This document shows, piece after piece, positions 7,659-16,700 of a stretch of DNA of 26,118 nucleotides. Origin of the DNA: Patescibacteria group bacterium (lineage in GTDB: Bacteria > Patescibacteriota > Gracilibacteria > Peribacterales > Peribacteraceae); the NCBI GenBank assembly GCA_038064175.1, contig JBBTTQ010000034.1, positions 1 through 26,118 on the forward strand, given 5' to 3'. The translations under genes and the position numbers were made by a program. Below the pieces are notes generated by a model. The model searched no databases. It saw only the letters and a program-made list of their open reading frames with translations, and was not told the origin of the DNA. Position 1 is the stretch's first letter, and each line of letters opens with the position of its first letter.

Positions 7659-8276
7659 ATGAAATATACCGGACCAAAGGCCAAAAAAGTGCGTCGTCAG
7701 GGCGTGAATATCTACTATGCCGATAAATACGATCGTGTCCTGCAACGGAAGCCCTACGGCCCCGGCAAGGGACCGAAATCGCAGACCACGCGCCCGTCCG
7801 AATTCTCCTCGCAGCTCAAAGAGAAGCAGAAGGCGAGGGATATGTTCGGTCTCTCCGAGAAGCAGTTCAGGAATCTCTACGCCGCCGCAAGCAGCATGAC
7901 GGGTCAGACGGGTGACATCTTCAAGACGTTTCTGGAGAAGCGCCTCGATAACGTCATCTTTCGCGCTGGTTTTGCCGTCACGCGCCTCCAGTCCCGCCAG
8001 TTTGCCGGCCACGGCCTCTTCCTCGTCGACGGCGTCAGAGTCACGAGCCCCTCCTACCGCGTGCGTTCGGGAGAGAAGATCACGGTTCGTCCTCAGGCCA
8101 GGAGTTCGCCGATGTTCGCCCCGATCCTCGCAGCGCACGAGAAGTACATGCCGCCTTCGTGGCTCAAGGTCGACGCCGGCAATCTCACGATCGAAGTCGT
8201 CGGTGAGCCGGATCCCAAGGACATGGAGCAGTCCATCGACATGCGCCAGATTGTGGAATTCTATTCAAGAACATAA
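7659..8276 (+). CDS. rpsD: 30S ribosomal protein S4 (no Zn cysteines)
   Basis: YTGPKAKKVRRQG, QLKEKQKAR, LEKRLDNVIFRAGFA..R..SRQF..HG, PSYRV, IVEFYSR. Confidence 0.97.
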   Translation: MKYTGPKAKKVRRQGVNIYYADKYDRVLQRKPYGPGKGPKSQTTRPSEFSSQLKEKQKARDMFGLSEKQFRNLYAAASSMTGQTGDIFKTFLEKRLDNVIFRAGFAVTRLQSRQFAGHGLFLVDGVRVTSPSYRVRSGEKITVRPQARSSPMFAPILAAHEKYMPPSWLKVDAGNLTIEVVGEPDPKDMEQSIDMRQIVEFYSRT

Positions 8277-8281
8277 TTCCC

Positions 8282-8341
8282 CAGCTAATGGCTTATAGTT
8301 GATAGCTTATAGGCCTCTCATCCACTAAAAGCTATCCACTA
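8282..8341. repeat. Heptamer tandem repeats in inverted arms (TAGCTTA-like; same family as 911-977)
   Basis: cagctaa-tggctta-tagttga-tagctta-tagg versus tccacta-aaagcta-tccacta. Confidence 0.75.
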
Positions 8342-8389
8342 ACCTCTGTTCATCTCTCGCCTCCACTCCTCTCCACTTCCCTTCTATCT

Positions 8390-9385
8390 ATGCACATCAT
8401 CCAGGAAGAAATCGGACCGCCGCAGTTCTCTGTCACTCAAATCAAGAAGGGTGGCACCTCGCATGCGATCTTCGTGATCGCGCCGCTGCCGCCGGGCTAC
8501 GCCACGACGCTGGGAAACGGGCTCCGGCGGGTGCTCCTCTCCAGTTTGCCGGGTGCCGCGGTGTCTTCCATCCGCATCCACGGGGTTCAGCATGAGTACA
8601 CGACCATCAAGGGCGTGCGCGAAACCGTCATGGATATCTCGCTCAACATGAAACTCCTGCGGCTCCGGAAGCACAGCAAGGAACCCGAGGTGATCACGAT
8701 CGAGGCCAAGGGGCCGAAGACCGTGACGGCTGCGGATATCAAGACCTCTTCCGACATCGAAGTCTTGAATCCCGATCTCGAACTCATGAATCTTGAGAAG
8801 GGCGCCAGTGTCGAGATGCAGCTGACCGTAGAGAAGGGAGTCGGCTACGTTTCTGCGCAGGAGAGGAACAAGAAACAGAACGAGCCGGGGCTCATCTACA
8901 TCGATGCGATCTACGGACCGGTCATCAAAGTCCGTTACGACGTCGAACCAGCCCGCGTCGGTCAACGGACGGACCTGGAAAAACTTTCCATGGATATCGA
9001 GACCAACGGTTCCCTTTCGGCCGAGGAGGCCATGCAATTTGCGTCGCAACTCCTTCAGAGTTATTTCGGCTACTTCGGATCCGAGAAGAAGATCGTCGAG
9101 CCGGAATTCATCGCCGATTTCTCGCGCGTGACGCCCGAGACGGTCGAGGACGCGACGCATGCTCCGGTAAAGGAGAGCTACACGCCGATCGAAATTTTGA
9201 ACTTCTCGCCCCGTACCTTAAATGCACTCATTAATGCGGGTGTGGGCAGTATCGAACAGCTTACGAAGTGCACGGAGGCGACGCTCAGTAATTTCCGCGG
9301 ATTTGGCGCCAAGGCTCTCGATGAAGTGAAAAAGACCCTCGGCGAACGCGGACTCAAGCTTTCCGAAGAGAATCTTGAAGGGTAA
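8390..9385 (+). CDS. rpoA: RNA polymerase subunit alpha
   Basis: PLPPGYATTLGNGLRRVLLSSLPG, GVQHEYTTIKGVRE, VEKGVGY, IDAIYGPV, ARVGQRTD, and alpha-CTD (IEILNFSPRTLNAL...FRGFGAKALDEV). Confidence 0.98.
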   Translation: MHIIQEEIGPPQFSVTQIKKGGTSHAIFVIAPLPPGYATTLGNGLRRVLLSSLPGAAVSSIRIHGVQHEYTTIKGVRETVMDISLNMKLLRLRKHSKEPEVITIEAKGPKTVTAADIKTSSDIEVLNPDLELMNLEKGASVEMQLTVEKGVGYVSAQERNKKQNEPGLIYIDAIYGPVIKVRYDVEPARVGQRTDLEKLSMDIETNGSLSAEEAMQFASQLLQSYFGYFGSEKKIVEPEFIADFSRVTPETVEDATHAPVKESYTPIEILNFSPRTLNALINAGVGSIEQLTKCTEATLSNFRGFGAKALDEVKKTLGERGLKLSEENLEG

Positions 9386-9393
9386 GAAATGCA

Positions 9394-9475
9394 GAATGAT
9401 GATTGATCATTGAACGTTCCCTCACTATCCTCAGTCTCCGTTTCAAGCCTAGCCCCAATCCCAACCCTAACCCTC
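9394..9475. repeat. Heptamer (GATTGAT-like) and hexamer (ACCCTA-like) tandem repeats between rpoA and rplQ
   Basis: gaatgat-gattgat-cattgaa (9394-9414) and agccta-gcccca-atccca-acccta-accctc (9446-9475). No inverted partner seen. Confidence 0.55.
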
Positions 9476-9479
9476 GTTC

Positions 9480-9860
9480 ATGAGACACCGTCATTCCCGC
9501 CTCCGGCTCCGTCAGAAACCCGCTCACGCGAGGCTCCTGAAGCGAAACCTTCTTACATCCCTCCTCCTCTACGAAACGGTGCGGACGACGAAGAAGCGCG
9601 CGGAGGTGGTGCAGCCGCTCATCGATACGCTCATCAGTCACGCGAAGAAGAAGGATGCGTACCTGGCCATCCGGTACGTGAACCGCTTCGTGACGGATAA
9701 GAATGCATCCCGAAAAATCATGGAAGTTTTCGTGAAGCGTTTCAAAGATCGCGCTTCGGGACTCACGCGCATCATTCCTGTGGGGGCAAGAAAAGGTGAT
9801 GGAGCGAAATTGGTGGATATTATGTTTGTTGATTCCGAAGTCCCAAGTTCCAAGTCCTAA
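9480..9860 (+). CDS. rplQ: 50S ribosomal protein L17
   Basis: MRHR...LKRNLLTSLLLYETVRTT...GLTRIIPVGARKGDGA. Confidence 0.96.
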   Translation: MRHRHSRLRLRQKPAHARLLKRNLLTSLLLYETVRTTKKRAEVVQPLIDTLISHAKKKDAYLAIRYVNRFVTDKNASRKIMEVFVKRFKDRASGLTRIIPVGARKGDGAKLVDIMFVDSEVPSSKS

Positions 9861-9865
9861 GTCCC
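9838..9865 (+). repeat. Heptamer tandem repeat AAGTYCY x4 spanning the rplQ stop and abutting the rplM ATG
   Basis: aagtccc-aagttcc-aagtcct-aagtccc-ATG. Confidence 0.85.
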
Positions 9866-10291
9866 ATGCGTACGACCTACCCAAAACCGTCGGCTCCGTC
9901 CTGGCACCTCGTCAATGCCGAGGGGCAAACGCTTGGTCGATTGGCCTCGCGCGTTGCGAGGGTTCTCAGGGGCAAGCACAAGGCCATCTTCTCGCCGCAC
10001 ATGCTCTCTGGAGATCACGTCGTCATCGTCAATGCCGGCAAGCTCGCCTTCCGTGTCAGCAAATTCCGTCGCAAGACCTACATCGATCACACGGGTCGGC
10101 CGGGAGGGCTTTCCCGCACGCCGCTCCTCAAGTTGTTTCAGGAGAAGCCCGAGGAAGTCATCATCCGCGCGGTGCGGGGGATGCTCCCGTATAATCGCCA
10201 GAAGCCGAAGCTCTTAAAGCGCCTCCATGTGTTCCGTGACGACAAGCACACCTACGATGCCCAGAAACCAGCTCCTCTGACCCTCCCCTGA
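9866..10291 (+). CDS. rplM: 50S ribosomal protein L13
   Basis: WHLVNAEGQTLGRLAS..A..LRGKHK...P....GDHVVIVNA, HTGRPGGL, VRGMLP. Confidence 0.97.
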   Translation: MRTTYPKPSAPSWHLVNAEGQTLGRLASRVARVLRGKHKAIFSPHMLSGDHVVIVNAGKLAFRVSKFRRKTYIDHTGRPGGLSRTPLLKLFQEKPEEVIIRAVRGMLPYNRQKPKLLKRLHVFRDDKHTYDAQKPAPLTLP

Positions 10292-10293
10292 AT

Positions 10294-10686
10294 ATGTCGG
10301 ACCAATATTTCTACGGCTGCGGTAAACGCAAAACATCCATCGCCCAGGTGAAGGTCTATCAAGGGGGATCCGGCGAGGTTCTCGTGAACGGCATGAAGAT
10401 GAAAGAATATCTGCACGGGATACAGGTCGAAAACGCCCTGGCGCCTCTGGCTCTCACGGGGCAGAAAGGATCGGTCACGATCGAGATCAAAGTCCTTGGC
10501 GGGGGAAAGTCTTCCCAGTCCGACGCCATCCGCCACGGGATCAGCCGCGCGCTCCTGCTGATCAATCCGGATTTTCGCAGCGATCTCAAGCGCGCCGGGT
10601 TTCTCCGCCGCGATGCACGCATCAAGGAACGCAAGAAGCCGGGACTCAAGCGCGCACGCCGCGCTCCTCAATTCAGCAAGCGGTAA
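10294..10686 (+). CDS. rpsI: 30S ribosomal protein S9
   Basis: YGCGKRKTSIA, VLGGGKSSQSDAIRHGISRAL, RDARIKERKKPGLKRARRAPQFSKR. Confidence 0.97.
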   Translation: MSDQYFYGCGKRKTSIAQVKVYQGGSGEVLVNGMKMKEYLHGIQVENALAPLALTGQKGSVTIEIKVLGGGKSSQSDAIRHGISRALLLINPDFRSDLKRAGFLRRDARIKERKKPGLKRARRAPQFSKR

Positions 10687-10806
10687 AGATGCCCAAGAGA
10701 CCGATGAAATCGAGGCGTGTTTTCATGATTCTTCAAGGTTCAACGACCTTGGTGTTTGGATCTTGATGCTTCCTTGGCGATTGGAGATTCGATGATTTCG
10801 CGCTCC

Positions 10807-11169
10807 TTACGCCACATCAATCACCATTTTCACGTAGTACAAGCTCGCTCCTTCATCCGTGTCCAAGATGAATTTCGCGTCGAGTTCCGAGAGTTGCATG
10901 ATGGTCTGGCACATTCTGAGGAGCATCCCCGGAGGCAGGCTGATGCCGGCTTCCAGACATGTTGCGCAGAGTCCGGCGGCGTCCTTGGAGCGCAAATACG
11001 GTTCGCCGTAGTCCATGATGACGTTATAGAGGGACTCCTGCACGTTCACGACGAAACGCTCGATATACGGCTCCAGGTCGTCTACCGGGATATCGTGCAC
11101 TTCGGGGAGCGCCTCGAGGACATCGAGGTCGCTATGGATGGCATGGGCGATGCAGGCGTCGATGGACAT
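10807..11169 (-). CDS. Hypothetical acidic protein (about 120 aa)
   Basis: Protein-like composition, converges on rpsI. Upstream ATGs of the ORF-track version overlap a promoter, so MSIDAC... at 11169 is preferred. Confidence 0.7.
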   Translation of the reverse strand: MSIDACIAHAIHSDLDVLEALPEVHDIPVDDLEPYIERFVVNVQESLYNVIMDYGEPYLRSKDAAGLCATCLEAGISLPPGMLLRMCQTIMQLSELDAKFILDTDEGASLYYVKMVIDVA

Positions 11170-11197
11170 GGGTGTGGGTGTTCGTGTAAATCTCACC

Positions 11198-11226
11198 ATG
11201 ATAGCAAAAATCCGCTCCATGTACAA
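11198..11226 (-). promoter_or_regulatory. sigma70-type promoter
   Basis: TTGTAC-N17-TATCAT on the minus strand. Confidence 0.6.
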
Positions 11227-11264
11227 GGGGATGTATCCAAGGCAAGAACGGCAAGGAGGTACAT

Positions 11265-11301
11265 AAAAATAGCGGACTTGATCCTTCCTGGATCAACCCG
11301 C
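11265..11301 (-). terminator. Intrinsic terminator-like hairpin
   Basis: Minus strand gcgggttgatcc-aggaa-ggatcaagtccgc followed by tattttt. Confidence 0.6.
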
Positions 11302-11486
11302 TTTCGTGCGCTCTTTGGCTCAAAACAAGCATTACTTTGGAACCTGTATGATCTTGATGATCTCAACAGAGTGGGGTGGTCGGTACCGACCTTTTCCCTG
11401 TTGATAAGCCAAAGCCCTAGCCAAGGCGACGAAGGGGCGGTGGAGCGGATGGCGAAATATCGACCGAAGGAGGCGAAGCGGGTCCA
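11289..11486. ncRNA. Candidate structured non-coding RNA (family unknown)
   Basis: Four nested complementary segments found by eye: 11296-306/11474-83, 11313-20/11407-14, 11363-69/11398-404, and palindrome 11378-91. No credible ORF; adjacent terminator suggests the minus strand. Confidence 0.3.
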
Positions 11487-11592
11487 TGCTTCGGCGGGAC
11501 AGGGCTCGAACGTTCGTGCGCACAAGCACTCCTAAACGGCATGTACAGCATGACAAAGGACACGAGCCTCTACCTCGCAGAAGACATTCCCG

Positions 11593-12861
11593 TCACAGAC
11601 TTGTAGCGTTCAGGAGCGGTTCCTTGAAACTGTCGGGATCGCCGCTGAAGCCCTCGGCTCCGGCCTGCGGAAAAGCGCCGGTCTTCAATGCATCGCGCAC
11701 GGCCGCAACGCCTGCCGCGCCGACCGGTTTTCCCGTGCGAGCGATCCAGAGCGCCGCAACGCCCGCCGCATGCGGGCTCGCCATGCTCGTTCCGCTGATC
11801 GTCTTGTAGGACGAACTTTTCCACGTCGAAGTAATGCAGACACCGGGAGCGGCGATGTCAACCGTGCTGCCGAAATTGCTGAAGTCCGCAAAAGTGTCGT
11901 CGATGTCCGATCGGCAGGTTTTGGGAGCTCCTCCACCGGGGAGACCGTTGAAGTCTGCGATCGCGGAGACGGCAAGAACATCGGGATGATTTGCGGGGCT
12001 GAACGTTGCCGCATCTTTCGCGGAATTCCCGGCTGCAACGACGAAGACGACTCCGGCGGCTGTAGCCCGCGTGAGGGCGCTGTCCATGGCGGCCGTTTGA
12101 CATTCGCAGCCAAGACTCATGTTCGCGACTTCGATCAAAGCCGCATTCGCCGCAACGTAATCGATGCCGGCGATCACATCGGAGAGGAATCCTGAGCCCC
12201 AGCGGTCGAGGACTTTCACGGACCAGAGGCGGGCGCCGGGCGCGACCCCGACGACACCGACGCCGTTATCTTTTGCGGCGGCCGTGCCCGCGACGTGCGT
12301 CCCGTGTCCGTTCAAGTCCTGCGAGGAAAGTTCGCGGCTGAAATTGGCGAGCTTGAAGACGTTCAAATCGGGATGGGTGCTCTGGATGCCCGTATCGAGA
12401 ATGGCGATGTCGACATCCACCCTCTCATCCAGGCCATCGATCTTCGCAGTCGGATTCTTCTCCGCATCGACGCGGTTGATGCCGGTCGGAAGCGTCTGCG
12501 GATCCCTGTGTGAAAAAGCATAGACGATTTCGTCCTTTTCAATAAGAACGACATCCGTGTTCTCCCGGAGGAGCGCAACCTGCGCCGGTGCGAGGGTGGC
12601 GGCGAAACCGCCGAGATACTGAAACACATGGGACACGTCTGCGAACCCTGCGGCACCCGACATTTCATCCAGGAACAACGGCGCGGATGTTCCTTCTTTT
12701 AGGAGGACAATAAAACGTTCCTGAGCACCTCGCTCCATACCCAGTTTCTCCATCACATCAAAAGACTCCTCGGCGACCGCGCTACCGAAGGAGAGAAAAA
12801 ATGCCAAGGCCAGGGCCACGGTTCGTCGTATGGTCGTCACAGAGAGAACATGGTACAGCAT
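11593..12861 (-). CDS. Secreted subtilisin-family (S8) serine peptidase with an inhibitor-I9-like propeptide
   Basis: Signal peptide (RRTVALALAFFLSFGSAVA) and catalytic motifs ILDTG, HGTHVAG, AAGN, GTSMASPH. Start ATG 12861 preferred over 12975. Confidence 0.93.
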   Translation of the reverse strand: MLYHVLSVTTIRRTVALALAFFLSFGSAVAEESFDVMEKLGMERGAQERFIVLLKEGTSAPLFLDEMSGAAGFADVSHVFQYLGGFAATLAPAQVALLRENTDVVLIEKDEIVYAFSHRDPQTLPTGINRVDAEKNPTAKIDGLDERVDVDIAILDTGIQSTHPDLNVFKLANFSRELSSQDLNGHGTHVAGTAAAKDNGVGVVGVAPGARLWSVKVLDRWGSGFLSDVIAGIDYVAANAALIEVANMSLGCECQTAAMDSALTRATAAGVVFVVAAGNSAKDAATFSPANHPDVLAVSAIADFNGLPGGGAPKTCRSDIDDTFADFSNFGSTVDIAAPGVCITSTWKSSSYKTISGTSMASPHAAGVAALWIARTGKPVGAAGVAAVRDALKTGAFPQAGAEGFSGDPDSFKEPLLNATSL

Positions 12862-12888
12862 TCTGTACCCGGACAGTGCGAGCTTTTG

Positions 12889-12917
12889 CTGACAAATATG
12901 CGAAAAAATTGTATAAT
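12889..12917 (+). promoter_or_regulatory. sigma70-type promoter pointing at the ECF gene, overlapping a divergent TTGTAG-N18-TACAAT for the S8 gene
   Basis: CTGACA-N17-TATAAT (plus). Minus-strand elements at 12909-12938. Confidence 0.55.
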
Positions 12918-13096
12918 AATCATATTTTTTGTCTACAACCATTGATCGATGGAAGCACATAGCAGCGACTTTCACTGTCTCATAAGCAGTAAAATCTTTT
13001 TGTGATCAAGAAAAGTGCGCGAAAGAATCCGAGCTGTTGCATGTGAGTAATCTTGGGTACCATTCCCCCCTTTTCCTAATGTGAGGAAATTTTGAC

Positions 13097-13663
13097 ATGG
13101 ATGCATCTCTGAATCTTCGGGAACGCTTCACCCGTGCGTACGAGGAATACGCCGGTGCCATCGCGAAGTACTGTATGCAACAGGGGGCGGATCCCGCCGA
13201 TGCCGAGGAATACACGCAGGAGGCGTTTCTTCGCACGTGGGAGTACCTGGCCTCGGGGAAGGAGGTGCTCCATTTAAAAACATTTCTCTATCAGGTCGCG
13301 TCGAACGTGATGATCGACGAAGTGCGGCGAAAAAAGAGGAAGCGCGAACTCTCGCTCGACGCGCTCCATGAGCAGGGCTTCGATCCCGGCCACGACGACC
13401 GATCGGCACTGCAGAAGCTCATGGAAGCAAAAATCATTCTCTACAAAACAGAGGTGCGGAAAGAGTACAAACTCCTCGTCATGCGCTATATCCATGGATT
13501 TCCCGTGCGCACCATCGCGTCCATGATCGGACAAACACCGAATGCTGTTGCCGTACGATTACATCGTGCCGTCAAACGACTATCCCGAATGTCAATCTCG
13601 GGTTTGCAGATAATGAGCGTTAAATCGACTGCTGATGCACGCAATGAACCACTTATGAAATAA
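13097..13663 (+). CDS. ECF-type sigma-70 factor (divergent; no adjacent anti-sigma)
   Basis: Region 2 (AEEYTQEAFLRTW...KTFLYQVASNVMIDEVRR) and region 4 (MRYIHGFPVRTIASMIGQTPNAVAVRLHRAVKRL). Confidence 0.88.
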   Translation: MDASLNLRERFTRAYEEYAGAIAKYCMQQGADPADAEEYTQEAFLRTWEYLASGKEVLHLKTFLYQVASNVMIDEVRRKKRKRELSLDALHEQGFDPGHDDRSALQKLMEAKIILYKTEVRKEYKLLVMRYIHGFPVRTIASMIGQTPNAVAVRLHRAVKRLSRMSISGLQIMSVKSTADARNEPLMK

Positions 13664-13697
13664 AGAACAGAATTTCAAAACAACGCAAGCAATGTTT

Positions 13698-13727
13698 TGT
13701 AATACTTATTCTTCGGGGGGCGTCTAA
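13698..13727 (+). promoter_or_regulatory. Putative ECF-type promoter of the giant repeat gene
   Basis: TGTAAT-N17-CGTCTAA, similar to B. subtilis SigX/SigM-type consensus (TGTAAC/TGAAAC-N16-17-CGWC). Ends 28 nt before ATG 13756. Confidence 0.45.
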
Positions 13728-13755
13728 AGGGAACTTATTTTTTCTCCAGCACTCT

Positions 13756-16700
13756 ATGCCTACTGTGCGCAGAACTCTCGGAACAAAAACACAAAGGAAG
13801 AAAAAGCAGAAACGTATCACTCTTTCCCTCCGAAGCACGCTCGCGGCAGGGGTGACAGCAGTGATGCTTTTCTGGGTGAACGGGACGGCTTCGGCTAACC
13901 AGTTCAGCGCCATCACGACCGTCGCGAACACGATTGTCAGCGCGATTTTGAGTCCGACGTCGCTCTTCTCGACGACGACGAGTCAAACTTCCAGCGGGCC
14001 GGTGAACCAGGACGTCCTCTACGACGGTTCTGCGGACACGGCTGCGGATGTCTCCGGCGCGATCGCGGCGGATAACACCGCGGATATCGTTCAGGCGGAG
14101 ACCGCAGTGGGTTTAACGAACCAGGACGGCTTGATCGACGGATCCGCCGTCTCCGATGTCCTCGTGGACGTCGCTGCGGATGCGACGGTCGCGGCCACTG
14201 TCGATCAGACGGCTACGGGTCCCGCGAACCAGGACGCAGAGGGCACGAGTGAGGGATCCACGGATGTTGATAGTGACATTGGCGTGGATACCATGAACGA
14301 TCTCCTCGTCGATCAGTCCGCGGACACGGGTCTCATCAATCAAAACGGAGGTATCGTGGCGGATGCCGATTCCGAGGTGGTTCAGCTCATCGCGGGCGGT
14401 TCCACGGGAACGTCCGATGTCACGCAGGCCTCCACGGGCGGCCCCGCGAACCAGGACATCACGAATATCACCGTGCTGAACACGGTCTTGAACGCGGTTC
14501 AGAATATTCTGACCTTCAACGTGGTCGATATTGATCAGAATTGCGTTGGAACATGCAATCAGACTGCGGATGTCGATGTGAATGCGGTGACCCTCGCGGG
14601 CCAGGTGCTCATAGGCGATTCCACGGCGGTAAACACTCTGACGCAGACGAATGCCGGCGGCAGCGCCAATCAGAATGCGGGCAACAACTCCTCGACCGCT
14701 TCCATCCTCGAAGCTCTCCAGGATATCCTCACAGGCAATTCCGTCGGGGTCACCCAGACGGGCGTTGACGGCAACGCAAACCAGGACATGGCGCTCGAAG
14801 GCAATGCCGGCGTCCTCGCGGAGCAGGTGGTCGACAGCAGCGCCGTCACCTTAGACGAAGTCACGCAGGCGAATGCTGGCGGAAGCGCGAACCAGGATCT
14901 TGAAAACAGCGGCACCGCTCTCGATGCGGTTATCGCATTGCAGGGTGCTTCCGCTCTGAATTCGGTTCTTGCCAGTCAGAACAATGATGACGGTAATGCG
15001 AACCAGGATATCGATGTCGCCTTTGACGCGAATGTCGCTGGCGCTCAGGTCGTGGAAGGTACGGCAGCAGCCGTTTCTGACCTCACGCAGACGAACGTCG
15101 GCGGCGCCGCGAACCAGAACGCAGTGAACGCCGCGACGGCAGTCGACTCGATCCTTGCGGGTCAGGAGCTCGGCGCCGCGAACACGGTCGACGCCAGTCA
15201 GGACAACGGCGAAGGAGATGCGAACATGGATATTGATGCGGATGTCTCAGCCAGTGTGGAGGGCGCCCAACTCATTTCCGGTCCGGCAGTCGCAGCGACG
15301 ACGGCCGTACAGTCGAATATCGGCGGCAGCGCGAACCAGGACTTCGGTAATTCCGCGGTCGCTCTGGATACGATCGTCGCCGGCCAGAGCCTCGGCTCTT
15401 CCAATGACGTGGACGTTGACCAGGACAACGACGAAGGCAACGCCAACATGGACGCGGGCGTCTCCGCCCTCGCCGGTGTCGCCGGTGTGCAGGCTATTGA
15501 AGGAACGGCGCTGTCCGCGAACCTGATCGGTCAGGTCGTTGTCGGCGGAGATGGAAACCAGGAACTCGATAACGATTCCGTTGCAAGTGACGTGATCGTT
15601 GCTGGCCAGGAGATGGCGGCCCTCAATCAGATCGATGTCGGTCAGGAAAATGACGACGGCGATGCCAACATGAACGCAGAGGTCGGCGCCGATGCCGCTA
15701 CGGAAGGCGCGCAGCTCATTGAAGGCGGCGCGGTGTCATTGAACGCCCTCGGTCAGGCGGTCGTGGGCGGTGACGGAAATCAGGATCTCACGAACGCTTC
15801 GACAGCGGCGAATGTCATCGTAGCCAGTCAGGATCTGATTGCAGGCAGCGATATCGACGTTACCCAGGACAATGACGACGGCGATGCCAACATGAACGCA
15901 GAGGTCGATGCCGAAGCGGATGCAGCCGGCGCGCAGCTCATCGAAGGAACGGCAGTCTCCGCAACGCTTGCGGGACAGGCAGTCATTGGTGGCGACGCGA
16001 ACCAGGATATGGATCTCACCTCCGTCGCGTCTGACACGATCGTCGCAGGCCAGGGTGTTGCGGCCGGACATGAAATCGATGTGGATCAGGAGAATGACGA
16101 TGGCGACGCCAACATGGACGCAGGCGTCCTTGCGGATGCGGACGCCGATGGCGTTCAGCTCATCTCCGGTCCCGCAGTGGCAACGACGACCGCAGGGCAG
16201 ATCGCGGCGGGCGGCAACGCGAATCAGGATATGGATAACGTGACCGTTGCGTCCGATGCCATCGTTGCGGGCCAGGAGGTCCTCGCCGGCAGCTCGGTCG
16301 ATATCGACCAGGACAACGACGACGGTGATGCCAACATGTCGGCGGATGCTGAGGTTCTCTCCGATGCGGACGGCGCCCAGATCATCGACGGCACTGCGCT
16401 CGCGGACAACGATCTCACACAGCTCAATGTCGGTGGTAACGCCAATCAGGACATGGCGAACGATTCTGCCGCGACGGATGTCATTGTCGCCGGACAGACG
16501 GTTTTCGCTGGCAGCGAAGTCGAGATGGACCAGGAGAACGACGACGGTAATGCCAACATGGATATCGACTTCCTCGCCGATGCGGATGCGGACGGAGTGC
16601 AGGTGGCGACGGGGGTTGCTGTTTCCTTGAGCGAACTGGATCAGACGAACGTCGGTGGCGACGCGAACCAGACGGTCGATCACGATAGCGATGTCGTCTC

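Noticed and set aside
911-9865. CRISPR array interpretation of the short repeats
   Set aside because: Units are 6-8 nt and directly tandem, with no unique spacers and no cas genes.
11193-11525. 110-aa minus-strand ORF
   Set aside because: It runs through a terminator and the next gene's promoter and has no protein-like motifs.
11270-11592. tmRNA, RNase P RNA, SRP RNA, lysine riboswitch or tRNA remnant
   Set aside because: No GGGG-start/TTCGA T-arm/CCA tRNA-like domain, no GAGGAAAGTCC, and no CAGG...GGAA...AGCAG. Only short isolated resemblances (CGCCGAAGCA, GTTCGAGCCC, GCATGTA...GGACACG) that do not assemble into those folds.
13731-13757. sigmaE-like GAACTT-N16-TCTA promoter for the giant gene
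   Set aside because: Its -10 overlaps the ATG that begins the signal peptide. The upstream TGTAAT/CGTCTAA motif fits better, although neither is proven.
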